DNA from: Microcystis aeruginosa NIES-2549
Lineage (GTDB): Bacteria; Cyanobacteriota; Cyanobacteriia; Cyanobacteriales; Microcystaceae
Length of the DNA: 32,000 bases
Reading direction: 5' to 3'
Assembly (NCBI RefSeq): GCF_000981785.2
Contig: NZ_CP011304.1
Span: 2,160,001 to 2,192,000, forward strand
Both the position numbers and the translations under genes were made by a program. Below the pieces are notes generated by a model, which did not search any database, was not told the DNA's origin, and saw nothing but the letters and a program-made list of their open reading frames with translations. The first letter of the stretch is position 1, and the number at the start of each line of letters is the position of its first letter. Below are positions 17,091 through 25,383 of the stretch, one piece after another.

Positions 17091-17432
17091 TTAAGCGGTA
17101 ATTCTGGTCAGGGATTGACCTTGATAATTGTTGGTAATAATCTGGTGAATAGATTGGAAAAATTGCCGACAACGATTATTAGTTCTCAGGGGCAGCTCAT
17201 GATTTTTAACCAATAAATCGATCTGAAGTTCCGAGCTAGTGGGGGGATGAATAAATAATTCCACTTTCACCAACTGGGGAAAGAGAGCATCGTTAGGAAC
17301 TTCCGATAAAAGTAACACATCAGGTCGGCGCTTGATGATTTCAAATTCACCCAAACTTAGGATATCATCGTATAAAAGCCCGGTTTGATGGGGAGAAATT
17401 CCGACAAAATAAGAACAGGAATAGCGAGCCAT
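17091..17432 (-). CDS. Hypothetical protein
   Basis: 113-aa ORF with ordinary coding composition and no motif I recognise. Confidence 0.45.
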   Translation of the reverse strand: MARYSCSYFVGISPHQTGLLYDDILSLGEFEIIKRRPDVLLLSEVPNDALFPQLVKVELFIHPPTSSELQIDLLVKNHELPLRTNNRCRQFFQSIHQIITNNYQGQSLTRITA

Positions 17433-17444
17433 GGCAGGGAAAAG

Positions 17445-18410
17445 ATGATAAATTGGTCACGGTTAATCGGTCAAAATCAGGCCATTGAACTACTACAAAG
17501 AGCGCTTGAAATCAATTCGATCGCTCCCGCTTACTTATTCGCCGGCGCTAAGGGGATTGGACGCAATCTGGCCGCAAAATGTTTCTGCCAAGACTTGTTA
17601 ACTAGAGATCGATCGCCGGAAACAAGGGAATTAATCCTGAAACGCTTTCTCGGGGGTAATCATCCCGATTTACTCTGGATTGAACCCACTTATCAACACC
17701 AAGGCAAACTGCTCACCGCAAAAGAAGCACAGGAAAGCAATCTCAAGCGTAAAGCTCCCCCGCAAATCCGCATCGAACAAATCCGCGAGATTACTAACTT
17801 TTTAAGTCGTCCTCCCCTCGAATCGGCCCGCTCTGTGGTAGTGATCGAGCAAGCAGACACCATGACAGAAGCGGCGGCAAATGCCCTCTTAAAAACGCTT
17901 GAGGAACCTGGAAAAGCGACTTTAATCCTGATTGCTCCCAGTCCCTCCTCTTTACTACCCACTCTCGTTTCTCGCTGTCAACACATCCCTTTTCAGCGTC
18001 TTTCGGAAGAAAATCTCGCTCAAGTCCTCCGCTCTAACGGACAGGCTCGCGTTCTCAATTATCCGGCAATTCTCGGTTTAGCCCAAGGTAGCCCCGGAGA
18101 AGCGATCGCCGCTTTAGAGTTTCTCGACAGTCTCCCCCAAGATTTACCGCGATCTTTGAGCAAATTTCCCCTAAAACTCTCCCAAGCACTGGAATTAGCC
18201 AAAATTATCGCCCAAACTCTTGACACGGAAACCCAATTATGGTATGTGAGTTATCTTCAGTATGAGGATTGGCAACGACGACGAGAGCGATCGATTTTAG
18301 AAATCTTGGAAAAAACCCGCCGGCAGCTGTTAGCCTACGTTCAACCCCGTTTAGTCTGGGAATGCACTTTCTTGGCATTAGCCAAGCTATCCACCGCCCA
18401 AAAGCCTTAA
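17445..18410 (+). CDS. holB: DNA polymerase III delta-prime subunit
   Basis: GQNQAIELLQRALEINSIAPAYLFAGAKGIGR (clamp-loader P-loop-like), ...VVVIEQADTMTEAAANALLKTLEEP, SRCQ. ATG 17445 (MINWSRLIGQ) fits better than the upstream track start at 17385. Confidence 0.9.
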   Translation: MINWSRLIGQNQAIELLQRALEINSIAPAYLFAGAKGIGRNLAAKCFCQDLLTRDRSPETRELILKRFLGGNHPDLLWIEPTYQHQGKLLTAKEAQESNLKRKAPPQIRIEQIREITNFLSRPPLESARSVVVIEQADTMTEAAANALLKTLEEPGKATLILIAPSPSSLLPTLVSRCQHIPFQRLSEENLAQVLRSNGQARVLNYPAILGLAQGSPGEAIAALEFLDSLPQDLPRSLSKFPLKLSQALELAKIIAQTLDTETQLWYVSYLQYEDWQRRRERSILEILEKTRRQLLAYVQPRLVWECTFLALAKLSTAQKP

Positions 18411-18447
18411 AATTGTTATATTTATCGATCGAGTGGGGAGAAAGACT

Positions 18448-18666
18448 ATGAAAATCAAATCCTTAGTTTTGCTGATTCTGTTAACCTTGACTACGGTTTT
18501 AGGCGCTTGTCAGGGAGGAAAAGAAGCCGAAGAACCGAAAAATGGCTCTCCTGGGGTGGAATCCCCCCAAAAAAACGAAGATAGCGATGAAGACGGGGAA
18601 AGCCAGCAAAAAGACGGTGATAATGACCAGAATAAAGACGATGACGATGATGATGACGATAACTAA
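18448..18666 (+). CDS. Small, highly acidic lipoprotein with a poly-Asp tail
   Basis: MKIKSLVLLILLTLTTVLGAC has a lipobox (LGAC). GGAG lies ~8 nt upstream of ATG 18448. The mature part is rich in D/E/Q/K and ends in DDDDDDDDN. Confidence 0.6.
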   Translation: MKIKSLVLLILLTLTTVLGACQGGKEAEEPKNGSPGVESPQKNEDSDEDGESQQKDGDNDQNKDDDDDDDDN

Positions 18667-18676
18667 ATCCCTAGTA

Positions 18677-18709
18677 TAAAAAAATCGGGTGAGCCTTAAC
18701 CCACCCGAT
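18677..18709 (-). terminator. Rho-independent terminator of ftsH, shared convergent spacer
   Basis: 8-bp stem ATCGGGTG / CACCCGAT (18684-18691 / 18702-18709). An A-run at 18677-18684 gives a U-tract on the minus strand. Confidence 0.6.
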
Positions 18710-18730
18710 CGCATATAGATTGAAATCAAC

Positions 18731-20617
18731 CTATAACTGTGGTACAAACTGTTCTTTTTCGGGAACGTAGGCGTATTCAGCCACAATTTGCCGGAATTCT
18801 TCCCCATCGATCGTTTCTTTTTCGATCAGCAGGTCCACCACTCGATCGATCACTTCGCGATGATCGCGGACAATTCGCCGAGAAATTTCATGGCAGTGTT
18901 CCACGATCGATCGCACCTGATCATCAATGCGAGTAGCGACCTTCTCAGAATACTCGGAACGAGTCATCAAACCGCCACCGAGGAACACTTCACCCCCTTG
19001 ACTTTCTAGGGACAAAGGACCCAAATCGCTCATCCCGAAACGAGTCACCATCTGGCGGGCCATATCAGAAACTTGCTGTAAATCGCCACCGGCACCGGTA
19101 GTCACCTCATCATAGCCGAAGATTTCTTCCTCAGCCGCCCGACCACCTAACGCACCGGAAATCCGGGCCATTAACTGCGCTTTCGTGGTTAAACCCTGTT
19201 CTTCGTTGGGAGTGAACCAAGTTAAACCCTGGGCCTGTCCCCGGGGAATCAGAGTCACTTTCTGGACGGGATCGTGATCTTTTAAGAGCGTACCCACGAT
19301 CGCATGACCCACTTCATGATAAGCGATTAAGCGCTTGCTCTTGCTATCGACTAAAGGAGTGCCTTCCATACCCGCGATAACGCGATCTACCGCGTCATCT
19401 ATCTCTAGGAGGGTAATGGCATCTTTACGACGACGGGCGGTTAAAATTGCTGCTTCGTTCAGTAAATTGGCTAAATCTGCTCCACTGAACCCCGGAGTGC
19501 GACGGGCGATCGCTTCGATGGAAACGTCGTTAGCCAGCTTTTTATTGCGGGCATGAACGTCTAAAATCTCTAAACGACCTTTAAAATCGGGCGCATCGAC
19601 GGTTACTTGGCGATCAAAACGGCCCGGACGCATGAGAGCGGAATCGAGAACATCGGGGCGGTTAGTGGCGGCAATGATAATAATTCCCGTATTCCCCTCG
19701 AAACCGTCCATTTCTGTCAATAATTGGTTTAGGGTTTGTTCCCGTTCATCGTTACCACCACCGATACCGGCACCCCGTTGACGACCTACCGCGTCAATTT
19801 CATCGATAAATATTAAACAGGGAGCATTTTCCTTGGCTTTTTTGAACAAATCGCGCACGCGAGAAGCACCGACACCGACAAACATTTCCACAAATTCCGA
19901 ACCAGAAATGCTGAAGAAAGGCACACCCGCTTCACCGGCGATCGCTTTAGCCAACAGGGTTTTACCCGTACCCGGAGGGCCAACTAACAGGACTCCTTTG
20001 GGGATTTTGGCCCCGACGGCGGTAAATTTCTCCGGTTGTTTGAGGAAAGTGACGACTTCCTGTAATTCTTCCTTCGCTTCGTCAATTCCTGCCACATCAT
20101 CAAAGGTGATGCCGGTTTTTGCTTCCATCTGGAAGCGAGCTTTTGATTTACCAAAACTCATCGCTTGACCGGGGCCGCCTGGCATATTATTAGAACGGCG
20201 GAACAGGAAAAAGAGAGCGGCAATCAGCAAAAAGGGGAAAACTAGATTACCGAGGAATCCCCACCAAGCGCCGTCATTCCGCATCGGGTGAGCATCGAAA
20301 CTAATTTTAGAATCGCGTAAACGGGCGATTAAATCCGGGGAATTGGCAGGTAAATCGACCCGTAGGCGTTGTACTCGGTTTTCTAGTTCCGGATCCAGGG
20401 CCTGTACGATCGCGGTTCTGCCCCCTTCGTAGAGATCGACGCTAACAACCCTACCACTGTCTAGGTATTCTAGAAAGCGTCCGTAGGTCATGCGGGTACT
20501 GGCGGTGTTATTGCCGATATTACTGGTGGCCGTGGCAAAAGTGCCTTGCCAAAGGAAAAAACCGACCACAAGGGCGGGCAATGTCCACAGTAAAATCGTT
20601 TTCCAAGATAGTTTCAT
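18731..20617 (-). CDS. ftsH: ATP-dependent zinc metalloprotease FtsH
   Basis: 628 aa with Walker A GPPGTGKT, Walker B IIFIDEID, the SRH region, and the zinc site HEVGHA. Confidence 0.97.
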   Translation of the reverse strand: MKLSWKTILLWTLPALVVGFFLWQGTFATATSNIGNNTASTRMTYGRFLEYLDSGRVVSVDLYEGGRTAIVQALDPELENRVQRLRVDLPANSPDLIARLRDSKISFDAHPMRNDGAWWGFLGNLVFPFLLIAALFFLFRRSNNMPGGPGQAMSFGKSKARFQMEAKTGITFDDVAGIDEAKEELQEVVTFLKQPEKFTAVGAKIPKGVLLVGPPGTGKTLLAKAIAGEAGVPFFSISGSEFVEMFVGVGASRVRDLFKKAKENAPCLIFIDEIDAVGRQRGAGIGGGNDEREQTLNQLLTEMDGFEGNTGIIIIAATNRPDVLDSALMRPGRFDRQVTVDAPDFKGRLEILDVHARNKKLANDVSIEAIARRTPGFSGADLANLLNEAAILTARRRKDAITLLEIDDAVDRVIAGMEGTPLVDSKSKRLIAYHEVGHAIVGTLLKDHDPVQKVTLIPRGQAQGLTWFTPNEEQGLTTKAQLMARISGALGGRAAEEEIFGYDEVTTGAGGDLQQVSDMARQMVTRFGMSDLGPLSLESQGGEVFLGGGLMTRSEYSEKVATRIDDQVRSIVEHCHEISRRIVRDHREVIDRVVDLLIEKETIDGEEFRQIVAEYAYVPEKEQFVPQL

Positions 20618-20782
20618 GTTTGTTTAGTGGTTCTAGGATAAAGATTTTTGCTTAACTCATTTAGCTGTTTTTGTCAAGGATTTTACGTTATTTTTTTGAG
20701 ATTAATCCCCGCAGCCAATTAAATCTTAACTAAATGTAACGTAATTCTCATAATTCTGACAAGAATGGTGACGAGAGATTTT

Positions 20783-20927
20783 GGCTCTCTTGGGTTTGGT
20801 GGGTAAAATGTATTCTAAGATACATTCTTCCTAGCGGGGGGGTGGAACGAACCACAAAGACACAAAGGACACCAAGATTGATCGCTTCTGTGTAAGTTAA
20901 ACTTATCACACAGAACCGAGAAGAGCC
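20783..20927 (+). mobile_element. MITE copy 3 (145 bp)
   Basis: Runs GGCTCTCTTGGGTTTGGTGGGTAAAATGTATTCTAAGATACATT...CACACAGAACCGAGAAGAGCC. Flanked by the 7-bp direct repeat AGATTTT. Confidence 0.85.
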
Positions 20928-20977
20928 AGATTTTTGAGTTCATTTGTTCTAACAAGGTCTCATGGTTTCTGGGATAA

Positions 20978-21199
20978 GCTGTACTGAATTTAAACTGTCT
21001 AGAAGTATATACTATATCTATTGATACGAAAATCATCTCCAAAATCCTAGAATTGCTTCTTTTTCCCATATTTGATAATTTTGCTAGATGTAACCAATTA
21101 AAGATAGAGTTAGTATCTCAACAAAATTTTTACCCTGATTTGACCTTTATTCACGAGCCAACAGGAGCTAAGTTTGCTGTGGATAGAAATTACTATTGA
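20978..21199 (+). pseudogene. Possible relic of a PD-(D/E)xK restriction endonuclease gene
   Basis: A stop-free 74-codon stretch with no start codon ends ...QQNFYPDLTFIHEPTGAKFAVDRNYY*. The PD...(D)x pattern stops where the catalytic Lys would be expected. It sits immediately 5' of a Dam-class methyltransferase. Confidence 0.25.
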
Positions 21200-21214
21200 T
21201 GAGGAGAGTGTTTA

Positions 21215-22147
21215 GTGAAGTTAACGCCACTTGTACCACCGATTAAGTGTCAAGGAATTAAAACTAAATTGGTGAAAGATATTAAAAATATTGTGTCTGA
21301 TCTGAGCTTTGGGCGTTGGATAGAACCCTTTTCTGGATCGGGAGTGGTGGCTTTTAATATTAATCCCCAAACGGCTTTACTTGCGGACACAAATACTCAT
21401 ATTATCCAGTTTTATAATAATCTAAAAAATCAAGTTATTACCAGTAAAACTGTTAAGCTTTTTTTGCAAGAAAATGGTCAAGTTCTTAAGGAGCAGGGAG
21501 AAAGTTATTATTATCAAGTACGAGAAAGATTTAATCAAGCTCCTAATTCTCTAGATTTTTTATTTCTCAATCGCTCCTGTTTTAATGGCGTGATGAGATT
21601 CAATCGTAAGGGAGAGTTTAACGTCCCTTACTGTCATAAATCAGAACGATTTTCTCAAGCATATATTACCAAAATAGTCAATCAAGTTATTGCCCTAGAA
21701 AATATTCTTATTAAAACTGATTATAATTTTCAAGTTGCTGACTTTCGAGAGACTTTATCTGATTGGCAAAAAACAGACTTGATCTATCTCGATCCTCCTT
21801 ATTTAGGGAGACACACCGATTATTTTAACTCTTGGTCTCAAGAGGATGAAGATTGTTTGGTTACTATTTTAAAGGATATTTCTTGTCGGTTTATTTTGTC
21901 CACTTGGCACAGTAATCAGTTTAGAAGCAATCCTTTAATTAAAAAAAATTGGAGTGCTGATAAGTTTTATATCTATACTAAACAGCATTTTTATCATGTT
22001 GGTTCCACAGAAAAATTGCGTCATCCGATCACCGAAGCGATCATCACTAACTTTAACATTCCCTTGTTGCCAGAGCGAGGAACTGATTTGCAACAACTGT
22101 CATTATTGCCATCGACAGCAGAAAATGAGGGAGTGAGAACAGTCTAG
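21215..22147 (+). CDS. Dam-class (D12, alpha-type) N6-adenine DNA methyltransferase
   Basis: 310 aa with a GTG start. AdoMet motif I is EPFSGSGVV and catalytic motif IV is LIYLDPPY. The motif order I then IV is as in Dam. NRSCFNGVMRFN is also typical. Confidence 0.85.
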   Translation: MKLTPLVPPIKCQGIKTKLVKDIKNIVSDLSFGRWIEPFSGSGVVAFNINPQTALLADTNTHIIQFYNNLKNQVITSKTVKLFLQENGQVLKEQGESYYYQVRERFNQAPNSLDFLFLNRSCFNGVMRFNRKGEFNVPYCHKSERFSQAYITKIVNQVIALENILIKTDYNFQVADFRETLSDWQKTDLIYLDPPYLGRHTDYFNSWSQEDEDCLVTILKDISCRFILSTWHSNQFRSNPLIKKNWSADKFYIYTKQHFYHVGSTEKLRHPITEAIITNFNIPLLPERGTDLQQLSLLPSTAENEGVRTV

Positions 22148-22182
22148 AAGATGCCTAGTTGCTAATTCTCACTCCTTACTAT

Positions 22183-22482
22183 TTATCCTTGGCTTTGGCG
22201 CAGATGGTCGTTAATTTGGCGTTTACGCTTTTCTTGGGGGGTAGTGCTAGTAATTTCGCCAAAATCTTCACTACTCATGGAAAGATGGGACATTATCTTT
22301 CTTTTGCGCTCTTTAGCAGTTAATGCCGGTGAAGGAGTCACTGGCGGCGGCGCTGCCACGGGTTCCGCTGCCACCGGGGGAGTTTCCACAATTGGCAGCG
22401 GTTTTTGGGGAATATAGTCAGCACCAGTGGTACTTCTGGAGAGATGATCGAGAATGCGCCGTTTGCGATCGTCAGTAGCCAT
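22183..22482 (-). CDS. Small basic protein with three RKR-x-I-x-x-HL repeats
   Basis: MATDDRKRRILDHLSRST...KERKRKIMSHLSMSS...QEKRKRQINDHLRQSQG, with a Pro/Ala-rich linker. The track ORF starts 14 codons further upstream, at 22524. Confidence 0.55.
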   Translation of the reverse strand: MATDDRKRRILDHLSRSTTGADYIPQKPLPIVETPPVAAEPVAAPPPVTPSPALTAKERKRKIMSHLSMSSEDFGEITSTTPQEKRKRQINDHLRQSQG

Positions 22483-22542
22483 AAAAATCTTTGCCAGTCT
22501 AGTGTGAACTTTTGTAACTATCACCCATTGTCAAACATCCCT

Positions 22543-22575
22543 ATCTCCTTGAGAAGTCAAGGGAGATTTTATTTT
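22543..22575 (+). terminator. Terminator-like hairpin ~125 nt upstream of psbX
   Basis: ATCTCCTTGA-gaag-TCAAGGGAGAT (one bulge) followed by TTTATTTT. Confidence 0.35.
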
Positions 22576-22700
22576 CAGCGATTGAAGACATATAAAACCT
22601 GCGATCGCATTTATCTGGTCGTGGAACTGGGGGCCTTCTCGCCCAAGGTGATAAGATAAAAAACTAAGTCTTTGAAAATATGACAAAGGATTTATCTATC

Positions 22701-22820
22701 ATGACACCCTCTTTAGCTAACTTTCTCTGGAGCCTTGTTTTAGGTGCGGTTATCGTCCTGATCCCCGCCACTATCGGTTTGATTTTCATCAGTCAATACG
22801 ACAAGATCAAACGGACTTAA
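22701..22820 (+). CDS. psbX: Photosystem II reaction-centre protein X
   Basis: Not in the track because it is under 60 aa. My own translation is MTPSLANFLWSLVLGAVIVLIPATIGLIFISQYDKIKRT*, close to cyanobacterial PsbX as I recall it. An in-frame upstream ATG lies at 22680. Confidence 0.9.
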   Translation: MTPSLANFLWSLVLGAVIVLIPATIGLIFISQYDKIKRT

Positions 22821-22834
22821 TTTAATTTAACCCT

Positions 22835-22867
22835 AAAATGCCTAGACCGATTCCGTCTGGGCATTTT
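22835..22867 (+). terminator. psbX terminator (13-bp stem including A/T tracts; potentially bidirectional)
   Basis: AAAATGCCTAGAC-cgattcc-GTCTGGGCATTTT. It overlaps the comF stop codon. Confidence 0.7.
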
Positions 22868-23522
22868 AGCTAATTTTGGAACTGGCAACAGCGATCGCCC
22901 CTATTACCCGATATCCCTCTGTGCGTAAAACCCGCACAGCCTCCTCGATCGTGGTTCCCGTGGTATAAATATCATCAATTAAGAGAATCGGCACTGATTT
23001 GGGTAAATTTTTTCCCAATTGAAAAGCCGCTTGCATCGTCTTTTTTCTTTCCTCGCCTGCCAGACTAAATAAAGCTGCCGTGTTCTTAATCCGAATTAAT
23101 CCGCGACTAGCCAGATGATAACCGGTTAAACGACAAAAACCTTCGCCAATAACTTCTGCTTGATTAAAACCTCTTTCCTTTAACCTTTCTGGGTGGAGAG
23201 GGATGGGAATCACCGTCAAACGTTTATCGGTGAGGGGAGGACGAAGGAGCCAAGTTTCCCCCATGCAACTGCCTAGCAAAGAGCCGAGAGCGGGATGGCG
23301 ATCATATTTCATTTTAGCGATCGCCTGTTTTAATTTACCTTCATAGCGTCCCCAGATAAACAGGGGAATAGGACCACGCCAGAGAAAAAGCGGGTTATTC
23401 TGACGATAGGACTGTAATTGTCCCTCACAATCACGGCAAAGCTCTCGATCGCTCTGCCGTTGACAGAGAGGACAGGGAGACTTAAGAAATAAAGCGAGAA
23501 AAGGTTCGAGCATGGGAAGCAA
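22866..23522 (-). CDS. ComF-family phosphoribosyltransferase-domain protein
   Basis: N-terminal Cys cluster CPLCQR...CRDC, then PIPLHPERLKERGFNQ and the PRTase motif ILLIDDIYTTGTT. Confidence 0.85.
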   Translation of the reverse strand: MLPMLEPFLALFLKSPCPLCQRQSDRELCRDCEGQLQSYRQNNPLFLWRGPIPLFIWGRYEGKLKQAIAKMKYDRHPALGSLLGSCMGETWLLRPPLTDKRLTVIPIPLHPERLKERGFNQAEVIGEGFCRLTGYHLASRGLIRIKNTAALFSLAGEERKKTMQAAFQLGKNLPKSVPILLIDDIYTTGTTIEEAVRVLRTEGYRVIGAIAVASSKIS

Positions 23523-23820
23523 AATTTTTAGCTAGATGCTGATTTCCATCGTCAAAAACGGTCAAATAATGGGGATTACTCCGCTCGATCGAAATACTGA
23601 TTCCTTGCGCTCCTTCGGACTCTATATCTTGTAGATAACCCCCCTGATGCTCTTGTGCTTCCTCAAAAGAAGCAAAGGGACCAAAATAGTAGATACAGTG
23701 GGGATAAAGGGAGGTAATTTTCAGCCACCAAGGCGTGTTATCGTCAGAAATTTTATTTGTCTGCAAGAAAGATAAAATCATGTTCTGGTATTGATCGGGT
23801 AGAGGGATTGCGGGAATCAA
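23482..23820 (-). CDS. DUF1816-like conserved cyanobacterial protein
   Basis: WWLKITSLYPHCIYYFGPFASFEEAQEHQGGYLQDIESEGAQGI. The track start is TTG 23820; an ATG lies at 23781. The 3' end overlaps comF by 41 nt. Confidence 0.65.
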   Translation of the reverse strand: MIPAIPLPDQYQNMILSFLQTNKISDDNTPWWLKITSLYPHCIYYFGPFASFEEAQEHQGGYLQDIESEGAQGISISIERSNPHYLTVFDDGNQHLAKNFASHARTFSRFIS

Positions 23821-23951
23821 GGACAGGTTTTTAGGAACTTTGCCCCCATAATTCCGATTTGCTGGCCAAAAAATAGAGCTTCTGGCCCAAGAGAGTCTTT
23901 TTATCGTATTAGATTAACAAGGGGATCGCTCGCAAAATCAAAAGAGATTCT

Positions 23952-23976
23952 AAAAATTCCCCTCGGCCAAGGGGAA
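23952..23976 (-). terminator. Orphan terminator-like hairpin between the DUF1816 gene and ftrC
   Basis: 7-bp stem TTCCCCT / AGGGGAA (23957-23963 / 23970-23976). A5 at 23952-23956 gives U5 on the minus strand. Confidence 0.3.
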
Positions 23977-24036
23977 GCGGATCGAGATAGGATAGTAAAA
24001 AGTTTTTTTGTAGAAAGCTAAGGGGATCAGATAACT

Positions 24037-24396
24037 ATGAGCCAGATCGCAAACACGGATAAGAGTCTTGAGGCCATGAAGAAGTTTGCCGAACAGTACG
24101 CTAAAGGTACAAATACCTATTTCTGTAGCGATCTCTCGGTGACAGCCGTAGTAATTGAGGGATTAGCGCGTCATAAGGACGAATTAGGCGCTCCTTTATG
24201 TCCCTGTCGTCACTACGAAGACAAAGAAGCGGAGGTAAAAAATACTTTTTGGAATTGTCCCTGTGTACCGATGCGGGAACGGAAAGAATGTCACTGTATG
24301 CTATTTATTACCCCCGATAACGAGTTTGCCGGAGAAGAACAGACAATTCCCCTCGACTATATCCAAGAAGTCCGCGAATCGATGAAGGGGCATTAG
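24037..24396 (+). CDS. ftrC: Ferredoxin-thioredoxin reductase catalytic subunit
   Basis: CPCRHYEDKEAEVKNTFWNCPCVPMRERKECHCMLF (the CPC...CPC...CHC cluster). Confidence 0.93.
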   Translation: MSQIANTDKSLEAMKKFAEQYAKGTNTYFCSDLSVTAVVIEGLARHKDELGAPLCPCRHYEDKEAEVKNTFWNCPCVPMRERKECHCMLFITPDNEFAGEEQTIPLDYIQEVRESMKGH

Positions 24397-24405
24397 TTTA
24401 GGGTA

Positions 24406-24831
24406 ATGACAGCTACCGCTTTTGGCCAAGGAATCGACGAATTTAATCGCCAGCAATTCTATGCTTGTCATGATACCCTAGAGGCTTTGTGGATGGAGTC
24501 CGCAGAGCCTGAAAAAACTTTTTATCAAGGCATTTTGCAGATTGCTGTCGCTTGCTACCATCTGGAAAATAATAACTGGCGCGGGGCGGTAATTCTTTTG
24601 GGAGAAGGGGTTAGACGTTTACAACACTATCAACCCGATTACGAGGGGATCAACGTGACGCATTTGGTCGGGGAGAGTTTGGATCTATTAAACTTTTTAC
24701 AGAATCTCGATCCCCAAGCTTTACCGGCAGTGCTAGAAGCGATGAAAAGCAATCAGGAACATCCTCATCCCCACTTCGATCGATCTATCTGTTCTCTGCC
24801 GAAAATCCTCAAAAGTCATCCCGTCCTCTAA
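24406..24831 (+). CDS. DUF309-domain protein
   Basis: FNRQQFYACHDTLEALW...FYQGILQIAVACYHLENNNWRGA is the DUF309 pattern. Confidence 0.7.
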   Translation: MTATAFGQGIDEFNRQQFYACHDTLEALWMESAEPEKTFYQGILQIAVACYHLENNNWRGAVILLGEGVRRLQHYQPDYEGINVTHLVGESLDLLNFLQNLDPQALPAVLEAMKSNQEHPHPHFDRSICSLPKILKSHPVL

Positions 24832-24880
24832 ACAGCTAGATTAGTTAGTCAATACAATTACGTCTATAGGTGACATTTCT

Positions 24881-25381
24881 ATGAGAGCAAGATCCGCAAA
24901 AATCAGAGGATGGCTAGTTACCCTCGTTTCTACTAGCTTAGTCATGGGATTAGGTACTTCTCCCCTAGTCAAGGCACAGCAGAATATTGTACCGGGTAAT
25001 GCCATGACAGTGCGATCGGATATTCAGGAGGCAAACTCAAAAACGGGCGTAATTACCGCTCGTGGTAACGTACAAGTGTTCTATCCTGCCCGCAAAATGC
25101 AGGCCACTTCCGCCCAAGCTCAGTATTTTAGCCGCGAACGTCGTTTAGTGATGACGGGTAACGTTTACGTTTTGCAGGAAGGCAACAGTATCCGCGCTGA
25201 AACGATGACTTATCTAGTCGATGAGGGCAGATTTATCGCTACTCCCCAAACCAGTCAGCAGGTGGAGTCAATTTATTTAGTCAAAGATAACGAAACCTCT
25301 CCCCCACCGGCTGCTTCCCCTGTACCCGCACCCATACCTTCCCCTTCCCTCCCCGCTGCCCCAATTATTAACCCGCAGTGA
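24881..25381 (+). CDS. lptA: LptA/OstA-family periplasmic LPS-transport protein
   Basis: Signal peptide ending VKA/QQ, OstA-like repeats (ITARGNVQVFY..., LVMTGNVYVLQEGNSIRAETMTY), and a Pro-rich tail. Confidence 0.7.
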   Translation: MRARSAKIRGWLVTLVSTSLVMGLGTSPLVKAQQNIVPGNAMTVRSDIQEANSKTGVITARGNVQVFYPARKMQATSAQAQYFSRERRLVMTGNVYVLQEGNSIRAETMTYLVDEGRFIATPQTSQQVESIYLVKDNETSPPPAASPVPAPIPSPSLPAAPIINPQ

Positions 25382-25383
25382 TT

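Noticed and set aside
17385-17444. Upstream extension of holB overlapping the divergent 113-aa ORF
   Set aside because: The conserved clamp-loader N-terminus begins just after ATG 17445, and the extension has no supporting features.
18739-20168. Plus-strand track ORFs inside ftsH (18739-18936, 18788-19009, 19335-19556, 19833-20168), and the minus-strand ORF at 18499-18807
   Set aside because: These are antisense or shadow ORFs within, or overlapping, a very confidently identified gene. Their products are low-complexity or Arg/Ser-rich.
20815-21069. 84-aa minus-strand ORF
   Set aside because: Most of it is a read-through of MITE copy 3, and the same sequence occurs non-codingly at three other sites.
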